Shown: positions 40,610 to 49,140, numbered from the stretch's first letter. The stretch: 64,000 nt of DNA from Clostridiales bacterium (GCA_016933835.1 JAFGAC010000002.1:26809-90808), one strand, 5' to 3'. The notes: generated from the sequence alone by a model not told the origin. Program-made: numbers and translations.

Positions 40610-40820
40610 TGACCTATCCCTGCATCTTTGATGCAGCGGAAGGTATTGGCTACGTTACCAAATCAAAGATTTGGCTAATGAAGCCGACACCTACCAACGA
40701 ACCATAGGTTCGGGTTAGGTCATTTCGCAGTCTCGACAACGATATCCATGATTATTTAAGAAAGATATCTGTCTACGTTGCGTTTGACCTACCAACGAAC
40801 TTTCAGTTCGGGTTAGGTCA
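40610..40820 (+). repeat. hairpin-repeat array B: a copy of unit 1 plus two copies of the TGACCTACCAACGAAC...GTTCGGGTTAGGTCA hairpin
   Basis: 40603-40674 matches 39853-39924 at 70/72, including the TAA stop codon. Hairpins at 40685-40722 and 40785-40820 match 40094-40129. Confidence 0.9.
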
Positions 40821-40825
40821 TAACT

Positions 40826-40915
40826 CCGAAAGGGTAATCCACTTGTAAGAGTGGTGCACAAAGTAACAGATCTTCAATCATTGTAAATGGCTTTGAAGAT
40901 GGCTGTACTACCGAA
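40826..40915 (+). ncRNA. candidate c-di-GMP-I (GEMM-I) riboswitch aptamer
   Basis: GGGTAATCCACTTGTAAGAGTGGTGCACAAAGTA aligns 24/34 with the V. cholerae Vc2 core GGGCAAACCAUUCGAAAGAGUGGGACGCAAAGCC (from memory). First hairpin CCACTT-GTAA-GAGTGG has a GNRA loop. Second hairpin is ACAG/ATCTTCAA...TTGAAGAT/GG/CTGT. Ends ...CTACCGAA. Confidence 0.55.
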
Positions 40916-40955
40916 GAGAAACTGGAAAACTGTGTTTCTTCGGCGCAGTTTTTTT
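40911..40955 (+). terminator. terminator-like expression platform upstream of fliF
   Basis: CCGAAGAGAAAC (40911-40922) / GTTTCTTCGG (40934-40943) stem, then CGCAG and T7 (40949-40955). An alternative AAAACTG/CAGTTTT pairing is possible. Confidence 0.5.
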
Positions 40956-40984
40956 AATGAATTTTTTTGAGAAGGAGAAACATT

Positions 40985-42568
40985 ATGTCAGAGTCAAATA
41001 AACCTGGAAATAGAGTAGTAAGAGTTTGGAATGGAATGGATAGAGGTAGAAAAGTAAGTCTAGGGGCAATATTGCTGACTTTAGTTATTGCTTTTGGTGT
41101 CTACTATATGTTTTTTGGCAGGGTGAGCTATACTGCTTTGTTTACAACTCTTGAAATGAAGGACTCTGCAAATATAGTCGCTAAACTGGATGAGATGAAA
41201 ATCAGTGACTATAAAATTGAAAATGGCGGCAGTACAATTTTGGTTTCTGATAAAGTGGTTGATCGAATTCGATTGGAGTTGGCAATGAGTGATCTTTTGC
41301 CGGATACAGGCGTCGGTTATGAAATATTTGATACAGCCAGCTTTGCAGTAACAGATGAAGATAGAAAAATAATGTATCAGAGAGCGCTTGAAGGTGAACT
41401 CGCCAGATCGATTATGAGTCTGGCTGAAGTTGACTATGCAAGGGTACATCTTGCGTTGAGCGAAGAAACACTTTTTTCTAGAGAGGCTTCTCCTGGAAAT
41501 GCAACTGTCATCATTGAACTGAATCCACTTCAAAATTTTACTACTGATCATGTGAGGGGAATAATTGCGCTTGTTTCAAGTGCGGTATCGAATATACCAC
41601 CTGAAAATGTCAGTGTTGTTGATACGAACGCCAATCTGCTGAGTGAGAATCTTTTTACAGATTCTGAATCAATGTCAGCAGGACAGGTAGCTAATGACTC
41701 TATTGCAATTCAAAGACAGTTTGAAGGTCAACTTGAAGATGAACTTCAAAGAATGTTGGAGTTGACTTTCGGAAAAGGAAAAATTCTTGTCAATGTCAAT
41801 GCTAAATTGGATTTGAATTCAGAACAGGTCAGTATCATTGAGTATAATGATACTGGTGTTATTAGGTCACAGCAGGATTACATAAGTAAAACAACAACAG
41901 GAGCTACAACGGTAGATTCCATGAGTCCTGTAGATAACAATATTGAATATTATGTTGAAAACACAGAAGAAGCAATGAATGATTCAACTGTCAGCAATTA
42001 TGAGACTACTAGAAATTATGAAGTAGGAGAGACAAGAACCAGTAGGGTCAAAGCACCGGGGGAAGTAGTCAGTCTTTCGACTTCAGTCATTTTTGACGGA
42101 ACGTTATCGGATGTTGACAAGACTTCCATAAAAAATATTGTCGTTGCAGCTATTGGGCTCGATGAAGCAAGAGGCGACATTGTCAGTGTAGAAGGCATCG
42201 TTTTTGACAAGACATATGAAGAAAATGCCATTGCGGAATTCAATGTGGCACAGGAAGAATTTTTAATAGAGCAAGACACACAAAAGAAATACATGTTCTA
42301 TGGCAGTATTGCCGGAGGCGTGATTGTACTTATATTGATTATAATTTTTATAATAAGAATCATCAGAAGTCCGAAAAAAGCGGACAACAGTTTCTATGAA
42401 GCGATGCAGCCAATTCCAATCAGTGAATTGACTGGTGAGTCACGAGGAACGCACATCAAACCTTTTGAAGAGCAGGATATGGAAAAAGGGATTAAACATT
42501 ATGCGGAAGAGAATCCTGAAAAATTAGCAGATTTGGTAAAAACCTGGATGCTGAAAGATGAGGGGTAA
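40985..42568 (+). CDS. fliF: flagellar MS-ring protein FliF
   Basis: Start at ATG 40985 after AAGGAG. N-terminal TM segment, YTALFTTLEMKDSANIVAKLDE, C-terminal TM segment and FliG-binding tail. Confidence 0.94.
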   Translation: MSESNKPGNRVVRVWNGMDRGRKVSLGAILLTLVIAFGVYYMFFGRVSYTALFTTLEMKDSANIVAKLDEMKISDYKIENGGSTILVSDKVVDRIRLELAMSDLLPDTGVGYEIFDTASFAVTDEDRKIMYQRALEGELARSIMSLAEVDYARVHLALSEETLFSREASPGNATVIIELNPLQNFTTDHVRGIIALVSSAVSNIPPENVSVVDTNANLLSENLFTDSESMSAGQVANDSIAIQRQFEGQLEDELQRMLELTFGKGKILVNVNAKLDLNSEQVSIIEYNDTGVIRSQQDYISKTTTGATTVDSMSPVDNNIEYYVENTEEAMNDSTVSNYETTRNYEVGETRTSRVKAPGEVVSLSTSVIFDGTLSDVDKTSIKNIVVAAIGLDEARGDIVSVEGIVFDKTYEENAIAEFNVAQEEFLIEQDTQKKYMFYGSIAGGVIVLILIIIFIIRIIRSPKKADNSFYEAMQPIPISELTGESRGTHIKPFEEQDMEKGIKHYAEENPEKLADLVKTWMLKDEG

Positions 42569-42570
42569 AT

Positions 42571-43602
42571 ATGGCAAGTAGAAATAGCAGTAGACAAGCG
42601 CATGAATTGACAGGGGTAGAAAAGGCGGCGATATTTTTCATTACTTTAGGGCCTGACCGCTCTGCGAAAGTAATGAAGCTTTTGCCTGAGAAGATGATAG
42701 AACAAATCACATATGAGATCTCAAACATTACAAAAGTCGAACCTACCATGAGAGATGAAGTCATCAAGGAATTTGTCGATATGAATGAAAAGTTTGAGTA
42801 TTTCAAAGAGGGTGGCGTTGATTTTGCAAGAGATGTCCTTACAAAGGCATTGGGTTCTCAAAAGGCGCAGGACATCATTGAGACATCTTCACAAATGGCT
42901 CTTACCCGAAAGCCCTTCATGCTGGCTAGAAGATCGGATCCGATTCAACTTTTAAAAACAATCATTTCAGAACATCCGCAGACCATCGCTTTGATTCTGT
43001 GTTTTTTGCAACATGACAAAGCGGCGTCCATTCTTTCAAGCATACCGGATGAATTGCAGTCGGATGTTGCTTTTAGAATAGCAACCATGAACAAGACGTC
43101 TCCGCTGGTAATCAAGAGAGTTGAAAAAATATTGGATGAAAAATTATCCAATGTTGTCGACAACAATTTCGAATCCTACGGCGGTGTGGATACATTGGTC
43201 GGTATCTTGAATTCAGTCAATAGACCTACAGAGAAAAACATTATGGAGCAGTTGGATACTAGAGACCACGATTTGGCAGAGAAGATCAAGCTCAGCATGT
43301 TTGTATTCGAAGATATCGTTACGCTTGACAATGCAGCTATTCAAAGAGTTCTTCGTGAAATCGACAACAATGATCTTGTTGTGGCCATGAAAGGTGCTTC
43401 GGATGAAGTTATCGATGCGATCTTTACAAATCTTTCAAAACGTGCAGCTGAAACATTGAAAGAAGACATGGAGTTCTTGGGACCTGTACGTCTTACTGTT
43501 GTTGAAGAAGCGCAACATAAGATTGTCGGTGCGATCAGAAGGCTTGAAGAGGTCGGTGAGATTTTCTTGAATAGAGGAGGAGAAGATGCAGTCATCTTAT
43601 AG
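42571..43602 (+). CDS. fliG: flagellar motor switch protein FliG
   Basis: 343 aa. LTGVEKAAIFFITLG and MFVFEDI motifs. Confidence 0.95.
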   Translation: MASRNSSRQAHELTGVEKAAIFFITLGPDRSAKVMKLLPEKMIEQITYEISNITKVEPTMRDEVIKEFVDMNEKFEYFKEGGVDFARDVLTKALGSQKAQDIIETSSQMALTRKPFMLARRSDPIQLLKTIISEHPQTIALILCFLQHDKAASILSSIPDELQSDVAFRIATMNKTSPLVIKRVEKILDEKLSNVVDNNFESYGGVDTLVGILNSVNRPTEKNIMEQLDTRDHDLAEKIKLSMFVFEDIVTLDNAAIQRVLREIDNNDLVVAMKGASDEVIDAIFTNLSKRAAETLKEDMEFLGPVRLTVVEEAQHKIVGAIRRLEEVGEIFLNRGGEDAVIL

Positions 43603-44341
43603 GATTTATAAAAATCAGAACATCTCCGAAGATATCAGGGAAAAAGAGATTCCGGTGAAAGACAACTCTCAGATGAGTGAATACGGTTTTTCATCCAATC
43701 AGGCGAACTCTTTAATCAGGAAAGCAAAAGAAGAAGCCAATCGGATAAAGGAAACGTCAAAAGCTTTGGAAGATGAAATTGTTCAAAAAGCTTTGAAAGA
43801 TGCAGAAATAATAATCGAAGAAGAAAAGAAGAAGGCATATGCCGAAGGATTGGAAATCGGAAGAGATATTGGATTTGACAATGGATATGAAGATGGATTG
43901 GTGGCTAGCAAGAAAGAAAGTGAAATAATTTTACTGGAAGCAAAAAGTACGATAAATGATGCAATTGAAGAAGCACAGAAGATTATTGAAAACGCAGTTG
44001 AGAAAATAATTGAATTATCTGTAAAAATTGCAGGTGAAATCATAAAAAAAGAGATAGAACTTGACGATACTATTATTGTAGGGATTGCAAAAGCCGCTCT
44101 TAATGAAGTAAGGAATCTTAGACATATAACAATCAAGGTGTTGCCGAAGGACAAAAAAATCATCGAGGAGAATCTGCTGAGTTTCAAGGATATCTGTCCA
44201 GATGCATATTTTACGATACTCAAGGATGCGACTTTAAAAGAAAACGGTTGTGTTATTGAAACGGATAAAAAAGTGATTGATGCGACAATAGACAGTCAAC
44301 TGCAAGTAGTAAAATCGATTTTACTCGAGGTGAGAGGATAA
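43586..44341 (+). CDS. fliH: flagellar export apparatus protein FliH
   Basis: 251 aa Glu/Lys-rich coiled coil followed by a FliH C-terminal domain. Lies between fliG and fliI. Confidence 0.85.
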   Translation: MQSSYRIYKNQNISEDIREKEIPVKDNSQMSEYGFSSNQANSLIRKAKEEANRIKETSKALEDEIVQKALKDAEIIIEEEKKKAYAEGLEIGRDIGFDNGYEDGLVASKKESEIILLEAKSTINDAIEEAQKIIENAVEKIIELSVKIAGEIIKKEIELDDTIIVGIAKAALNEVRNLRHITIKVLPKDKKIIEENLLSFKDICPDAYFTILKDATLKENGCVIETDKKVIDATIDSQLQVVKSILLEVRG

Positions 44342-45649
44342 TTGTTAAGTAAAATTCCTTTCGATCGCTTTGAAAAAGCCATTGATGATAAAAAATTATA
44401 TAAGGTTGTCGGTAAAGTAACTCAGATTATCGGATTGACAATTCAAGTGGAAGGCATTCAAAGCTTTATTGGAGAAGTCTGCGAGATTGTCATCGGAGAT
44501 CATACGAAAGTACTTTCAGAAGTAGTTGGATTCAGAGATGATATCAGTCTATTGATGCCGTTGGGTGAACTGACAGGGATTGGTCCTGGAAGTCTGGTCT
44601 ATCCACTGGGGCATTCATTGAAAATAAAAGTAGGAAAAGAACTTTTGGGAAAAGTGGTTGATGGCTTGGGAAGACCCTTGTCTGGAGAAGAGTATGATCT
44701 TGAAGAGACTGTAAGCATTTATCAGAAACCCCCAAATCCCATGACGCGCAGACCCATTGAAAATGTCATGTCGACAGGAATAAGATCCATAGACGGTATG
44801 TTGACCTGTGGTGAAGGACAGAGATTGGGAATATTTGCTGGAAGTGGTGTCGGTAAAAGTACGCTCTTAGGGAAAATATCAAGACTCTCAGATGCCGATG
44901 TCAATGTCATTGCGTTGATTGGAGAGAGAAACAGAGAACTCCTCAACGTGATCCACAAAGACTTAGGCGAAGAGGGACTTAAAAAATCTGTTGTTTTAGT
45001 TGCAACATCGGATCAGCCGGCCCTTATAAGATCAAAAGGCGCTTTTGTAGCAACGGCAATTGCCGAGTATTTTAGAGATCAGGGACTGAAGGTCATGTTT
45101 ATGATGGACTCGGTGACGAGGTTCGCCATGGCCGAAAGAGAAATAGGTCTTGCTATTGGAGAACCGCCTACTTCTAAAGGTTACACACCATCGGTTTTCG
45201 CGAGACTCCCGAAACTTCTTGAGAGATCAGGAACATCGGATAAAGGATCAATCACCGCTTTTTACACAGTACTGGTTGAAGGCGATGACATGAATGAACC
45301 GATTGCAGATGCCGTTAGGGGAATTTTGGATGGACACATCGTATTATCGAGAAAATTGGCGTCAAAGAATCACTTTCCAGCCATTGATGTGCAAAACAGC
45401 ATCAGTCGTTTGATGAAACAGATTGTGTCGGATGATCATTATAACGCGGCAGGTAAGATGAGAGATGCTTTGGCTGTATACGAAGAAGCTGAAGATTTGA
45501 TCAATGTAGGTGCTTATGTAAAAGGATCGAATCCTAAGATTGACAAATCAATCTTAGTGCATGACTCAATTATAAAATTTTTACAGCAGGGTAGCGAGGA
45601 ACTTTCGACTTTCACAGAAACGACAACAATTATGGAAAATATTTTTTAA
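44342..45649 (+). CDS. fliI: flagellum-specific ATPase FliI
   Basis: 435 aa, TTG start. Walker A GSGVGKSTLLG, Walker B MFMMDSVTR. Confidence 0.96.
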   Translation: MLSKIPFDRFEKAIDDKKLYKVVGKVTQIIGLTIQVEGIQSFIGEVCEIVIGDHTKVLSEVVGFRDDISLLMPLGELTGIGPGSLVYPLGHSLKIKVGKELLGKVVDGLGRPLSGEEYDLEETVSIYQKPPNPMTRRPIENVMSTGIRSIDGMLTCGEGQRLGIFAGSGVGKSTLLGKISRLSDADVNVIALIGERNRELLNVIHKDLGEEGLKKSVVLVATSDQPALIRSKGAFVATAIAEYFRDQGLKVMFMMDSVTRFAMAEREIGLAIGEPPTSKGYTPSVFARLPKLLERSGTSDKGSITAFYTVLVEGDDMNEPIADAVRGILDGHIVLSRKLASKNHFPAIDVQNSISRLMKQIVSDDHYNAAGKMRDALAVYEEAEDLINVGAYVKGSNPKIDKSILVHDSIIKFLQQGSEELSTFTETTTIMENIF

Positions 45650-45662
45650 GGAGCCTGATTAA

Positions 45663-46106
45663 ATGAAAAAATTCAAATATTCCTTGGAAAACATATTGAA
45701 GCTACGAAATGACAATGAAGATAAAAAATTGACAGAGATGTCAGTTTCCCTGAATCAATATCTGAAAGATGTGGAATCAGAGGAAGTGATGGCTCATACG
45801 ATAGAAGAAACAATCGATAAAATGCATTCAACAAACGCATCAAATGTCAGAGATCAAAAATCCTATTATTTGTATCTGGAGAAACTCAGATATGAACTTG
45901 AGGAGCAGAAAAAAATAGTAGACCAGGCAAAGATGGCTTACGAAGCAAAAAAAGAAGAATACATCAAAGCGCAAATGGATCGCAAACTGATTGAAAAGCA
46001 CAAAGAAAAGAAAATCGAAGCATCAGAATTAGAAGTAAAAAGGGCAGAGGAACAATTGCTCGGTGAAATGGCTATTGCTTCTTTCAATCGAAAGAAGTTT
46101 CAATAG
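45663..46106 (+). CDS. fliJ: flagellar export protein FliJ
   Basis: 147 aa coiled-coil protein. YSLENILKLR start is typical of FliJ. Follows fliI. Confidence 0.85.
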   Translation: MKKFKYSLENILKLRNDNEDKKLTEMSVSLNQYLKDVESEEVMAHTIEETIDKMHSTNASNVRDQKSYYLYLEKLRYELEEQKKIVDQAKMAYEAKKEEYIKAQMDRKLIEKHKEKKIEASELEVKRAEEQLLGEMAIASFNRKKFQ

Positions 46107-46136
46107 ATAATACTCAATTGAAAAGGAGGTGAAAAT

Positions 46137-47279
46137 GTGAATGTAAATATGGCACAATTGAATAGCAAACAAGTAATAAATGAAGCAAAAGAAAAGATCA
46201 ATCTTTCTTTGAATGGTGAAGCAGAAGCTGTAGATTTTCAAACGGTCATGGCCAGTCTGATGGGATTGTCTTTAAATCCAGAAATGCCATCAGTTGAGAT
46301 GGAAATGCCATCAGTAGATATTAAAAGCGAAGAAGTAAAGTCCTTGCTAAGTGAATTATCTTTGAAAGTAGACAACAAAAATATGAAGATGCTTTTGATC
46401 AATGAATCTTTTAATCTGCAGGAAGCACCGACCGATATCTCTAAACTGGATGTTTTGAAAGCACTGATGAGTGAAGTTCAGACGGAATTGGGCGTTAAGG
46501 AAATCGCTGCATCGACGGAACCTAGTGAAGTGGAATTCATGCCACAGAGTTATCAGAATCTATTGAAGATTAAATTCAAAGAGGATGATTCTGAGAAGGG
46601 CGAGTTGAAAGTTCAGTTTAAGGTGATGGAAAAAGGAATTTCTGAAAGTCATCTGGAAGTTGAAAAAGGAGAAACATCAGGAAAAGAGAACTTGTCAGGT
46701 AAAGCATTCGGCCTTGAAAAAGCTTTGGAAAATATCAATAAGGATGACAAGGAGACTTTCAAGATTGAAGATGGGAAACTCATGAAAGTGGAAGATCCAT
46801 CAATCAAGAAAAATGAGCAGCAGCCTGCAATTGAAACAGGGCATCCTAAAACAATCACCAACACGAAAGAAATACGTGAGGCGATGATCGATTCTTTGAA
46901 GGAGGTTCAAACGGAAGGTGTCTCGAAGATGAAAGTGATGCTGGCACCGAAGGAACTGGGACAAGTGGAAATCGAACTCAGGATGGAGCAAGGAAGAATA
47001 AAAGGCGAAATCAAAGTCATGAACGCAGAAATCAAAAATCAGATTGAACAGCTGATTGCACCGATCAAGGAAACACTCAAGGATCAGAATATTCAACTGA
47101 AAGATTTTCAAGTGACTGTATTCGACCATGGAGCATCAGAACATTTTTCTCAAAATCAAAATATGAATTCTCATCAGAACAGGTATCAAGCAGAAAGTTT
47201 GGAATACCAATATGATGAAATCATTCCAGAAGTTACACAAATGATGGAGAATCAAGGTAGTTTGAACATTTTGGCATAG
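46137..47279 (+). CDS. fliK: flagellar hook-length control protein FliK
   Basis: 380 aa, GTG start. C-terminal Flg_hook domain (LAPKELGQVEIELRMEQGRIKGEIKV). Confidence 0.85.
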   Translation: MNVNMAQLNSKQVINEAKEKINLSLNGEAEAVDFQTVMASLMGLSLNPEMPSVEMEMPSVDIKSEEVKSLLSELSLKVDNKNMKMLLINESFNLQEAPTDISKLDVLKALMSEVQTELGVKEIAASTEPSEVEFMPQSYQNLLKIKFKEDDSEKGELKVQFKVMEKGISESHLEVEKGETSGKENLSGKAFGLEKALENINKDDKETFKIEDGKLMKVEDPSIKKNEQQPAIETGHPKTITNTKEIREAMIDSLKEVQTEGVSKMKVMLAPKELGQVEIELRMEQGRIKGEIKVMNAEIKNQIEQLIAPIKETLKDQNIQLKDFQVTVFDHGASEHFSQNQNMNSHQNRYQAESLEYQYDEIIPEVTQMMENQGSLNILA

Positions 47280-47291
47280 GAGGTGAAAATA

Positions 47292-47771
47292 GTGGAAATA
47301 GGAAGCATAACAAGTCAAACCTATACAAGTACGACAGAAGCGAGCAATGACAGCTTGGGAAAAGATGACTTCATGAAAATATTGGCCGCACAACTTCAAT
47401 TTCAAGATCCGATGGAAGGTGGAGACAACTCGGCATATGTCGCACAGCTGGCACAATTTTCTTCGCTTGAACAGATGCAGAATCTGAATGTGAGTTTGAG
47501 TGAATTAAAGACGAATCAGAACTTGCTTTATGGCACGATGTTGATTGGAAAAATGGTGGATATAGCATTTGGAGATGAATATGTTTCAGGTGTCGTAGAT
47601 AAAGTGAAACTGACGGATTCCATTTTGAAAGTTGTTATCGGCAATCAAGAATATGATGCTAAGTACATCAAAAGCATGGAAGGTACTGAAATCGTGGATT
47701 TTGGACAAGAAATCGATGAACTGCAGGAGCAACTGGATGGCTTGTCGAGTGATGGGGATGTGATTGAATGA
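47292..47771 (+). CDS. flgD: flagellar hook capping/assembly protein FlgD
   Basis: DFMKILAAQLQFQDPMEGGDNSAYVAQLAQFSSLEQM. GTG 47292 has 8-nt spacing from AGGAGG. The ORF-track GTG at 47283 abuts the SD. Confidence 0.9.
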   Translation: MEIGSITSQTYTSTTEASNDSLGKDDFMKILAAQLQFQDPMEGGDNSAYVAQLAQFSSLEQMQNLNVSLSELKTNQNLLYGTMLIGKMVDIAFGDEYVSGVVDKVKLTDSILKVVIGNQEYDAKYIKSMEGTEIVDFGQEIDELQEQLDGLSSDGDVIE

Positions 47772-48157
47772 TAAACAAAATCAATAATCAAAATATTCAT
47801 TCGGTGGAAAAAAACAGCCAAAAGGCAGGAAATCAGAAAATAGATAGAAATTCAGTTAGATTTCAACAGCTTTATCAACAGGAATTGGCTGATGACAAAA
47901 CAATTAAAATATCTGCCCATGCAAGACAAAGACTTGAACAACGCAATATTCAGTTGAGTGAAAAAGACATGCAGGCATTGAATAGAGGGATGCAAAAGGC
48001 TGAAGAAAAAGGTTCAAAAGAATCATTGTTGTTGTATAAAGATTTGGCTTTTGTTGCAAGTGTGAGGAATCGAACACTGATTACAGCAGTCAATCAAAAT
48101 GAAACAAAGGAAAATGTGTTTACAAATATAGACAGTGCGGTAATAATTGAAGAATAA
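47768..48157 (+). CDS. flagellar operon protein (TIGR02530-like, between flgD and flgE)
   Basis: 129 aa. IKISAHARQRLEQRNIQLSEKDM...LAFVASVRNRTLITAV pattern and conserved position. Confidence 0.7.
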   Translation: MINKINNQNIHSVEKNSQKAGNQKIDRNSVRFQQLYQQELADDKTIKISAHARQRLEQRNIQLSEKDMQALNRGMQKAEEKGSKESLLLYKDLAFVASVRNRTLITAVNQNETKENVFTNIDSAVIIEE

Positions 48158-48241
48158 CAGGCTGGACCTCCCTGAGGAAGCTTAGTGCCTTTGACTGATT
48201 GATAAGGTGCGTATTCTCATATAAACTAAGGAGGAATTTTT

Positions 48242-49129
48242 GTGTTAAGATCTTTGTATTCAGGTGTAAGTGGTATGAGAAGCAATCAGACTAAAATGGA
48301 CGTAATAGGTAACAATATAGCCAATGTAAATACGACAGCATTCAAGACAGGACGGGCAAGGTTCCAGGATTTGTTTTCACAGACATTGTCAAATGCACAG
48401 GCGCCATCAGCAACAGGCAGTGGTGGTATCAACCCGAAACAAGTTGGATTAGGTGTTTCAGTAGCTGCAGTCGATACAGTCATGAGCGGCGGCGCACTGC
48501 AACCGACAGGAAGAGACTTGGACTTCGCTATTGAAAATGAAGGTTTCTTCATTGTTTCACAAGATACAACAGGTGACATCAAAAGATACACTAGAGATGG
48601 TGCTTTCTTCACTGATTTTGAGGGAAACCTTGTCAATGCGGAAGGACTTCGCGTGTTGGGATATGAAGCAGATTATGCGACAGGTACAGTTACAACACCT
48701 ACAGATACAAGTGATTATGCCAGTCTTCAAACAATCACTATCCCAAATACAATCACGATCGGCGGCAATGACTTGAGTCTGGAAACATTCTCAATCGATG
48801 GTTCTGGATTGATTCAAGGTATCTACAGTGATGGCAATGTGTATAAGCTAGGTCAGGTGGGAATCGCCAAGTTCAACAACCCAGGTGGATTGGAGAAACT
48901 TGGAGGCAACACTTACAGAGACACTAGAAACTCTGGACCTGTTGAAATTGGTATTGCGAATCAAGATGGATTTGGTACAATCAGACAGGGTGTCGTTGAA
49001 ATGTCTAATGTAGATCTGGCAAATGAATTTACAGAAATGATCATTACCAGCAGAGCATATCAGGCGAATTCAAGAACAATCACAACATCTGATGAAATGC
49101 TTCAAGAGCTTTTGAATCTTAAACGATAA
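48242..49129 (+). CDS. flgE: flagellar hook protein FlgE
   Basis: 295 aa, GTG start after AAGGAGG. N-terminus [32 protein letters not shown]-terminus SRAYQANSRTITTSDEMLQELLNLKR. Confidence 0.94.
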   Translation: MLRSLYSGVSGMRSNQTKMDVIGNNIANVNTTAFKTGRARFQDLFSQTLSNAQAPSATGSGGINPKQVGLGVSVAAVDTVMSGGALQPTGRDLDFAIENEGFFIVSQDTTGDIKRYTRDGAFFTDFEGNLVNAEGLRVLGYEADYATGTVTTPTDTSDYASLQTITIPNTITIGGNDLSLETFSIDGSGLIQGIYSDGNVYKLGQVGIAKFNNPGGLEKLGGNTYRDTRNSGPVEIGIANQDGFGTIRQGVVEMSNVDLANEFTEMIITSRAYQANSRTITTSDEMLQELLNLKR

Positions 49130-49140
49130 ATAATAAATCA

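Noticed and set aside
41081-41551. Long antisense ORFs inside fliF (also 50072-50602 in motA/motB, 17653-18054 in cheA, 20579-21028 in the MCP gene, 43783-44223 in fliH, 54751-55107 in flhA)
   Set aside because: These are shadow ORFs opposite well-supported genes. They have no RBS and biased, low-complexity composition.
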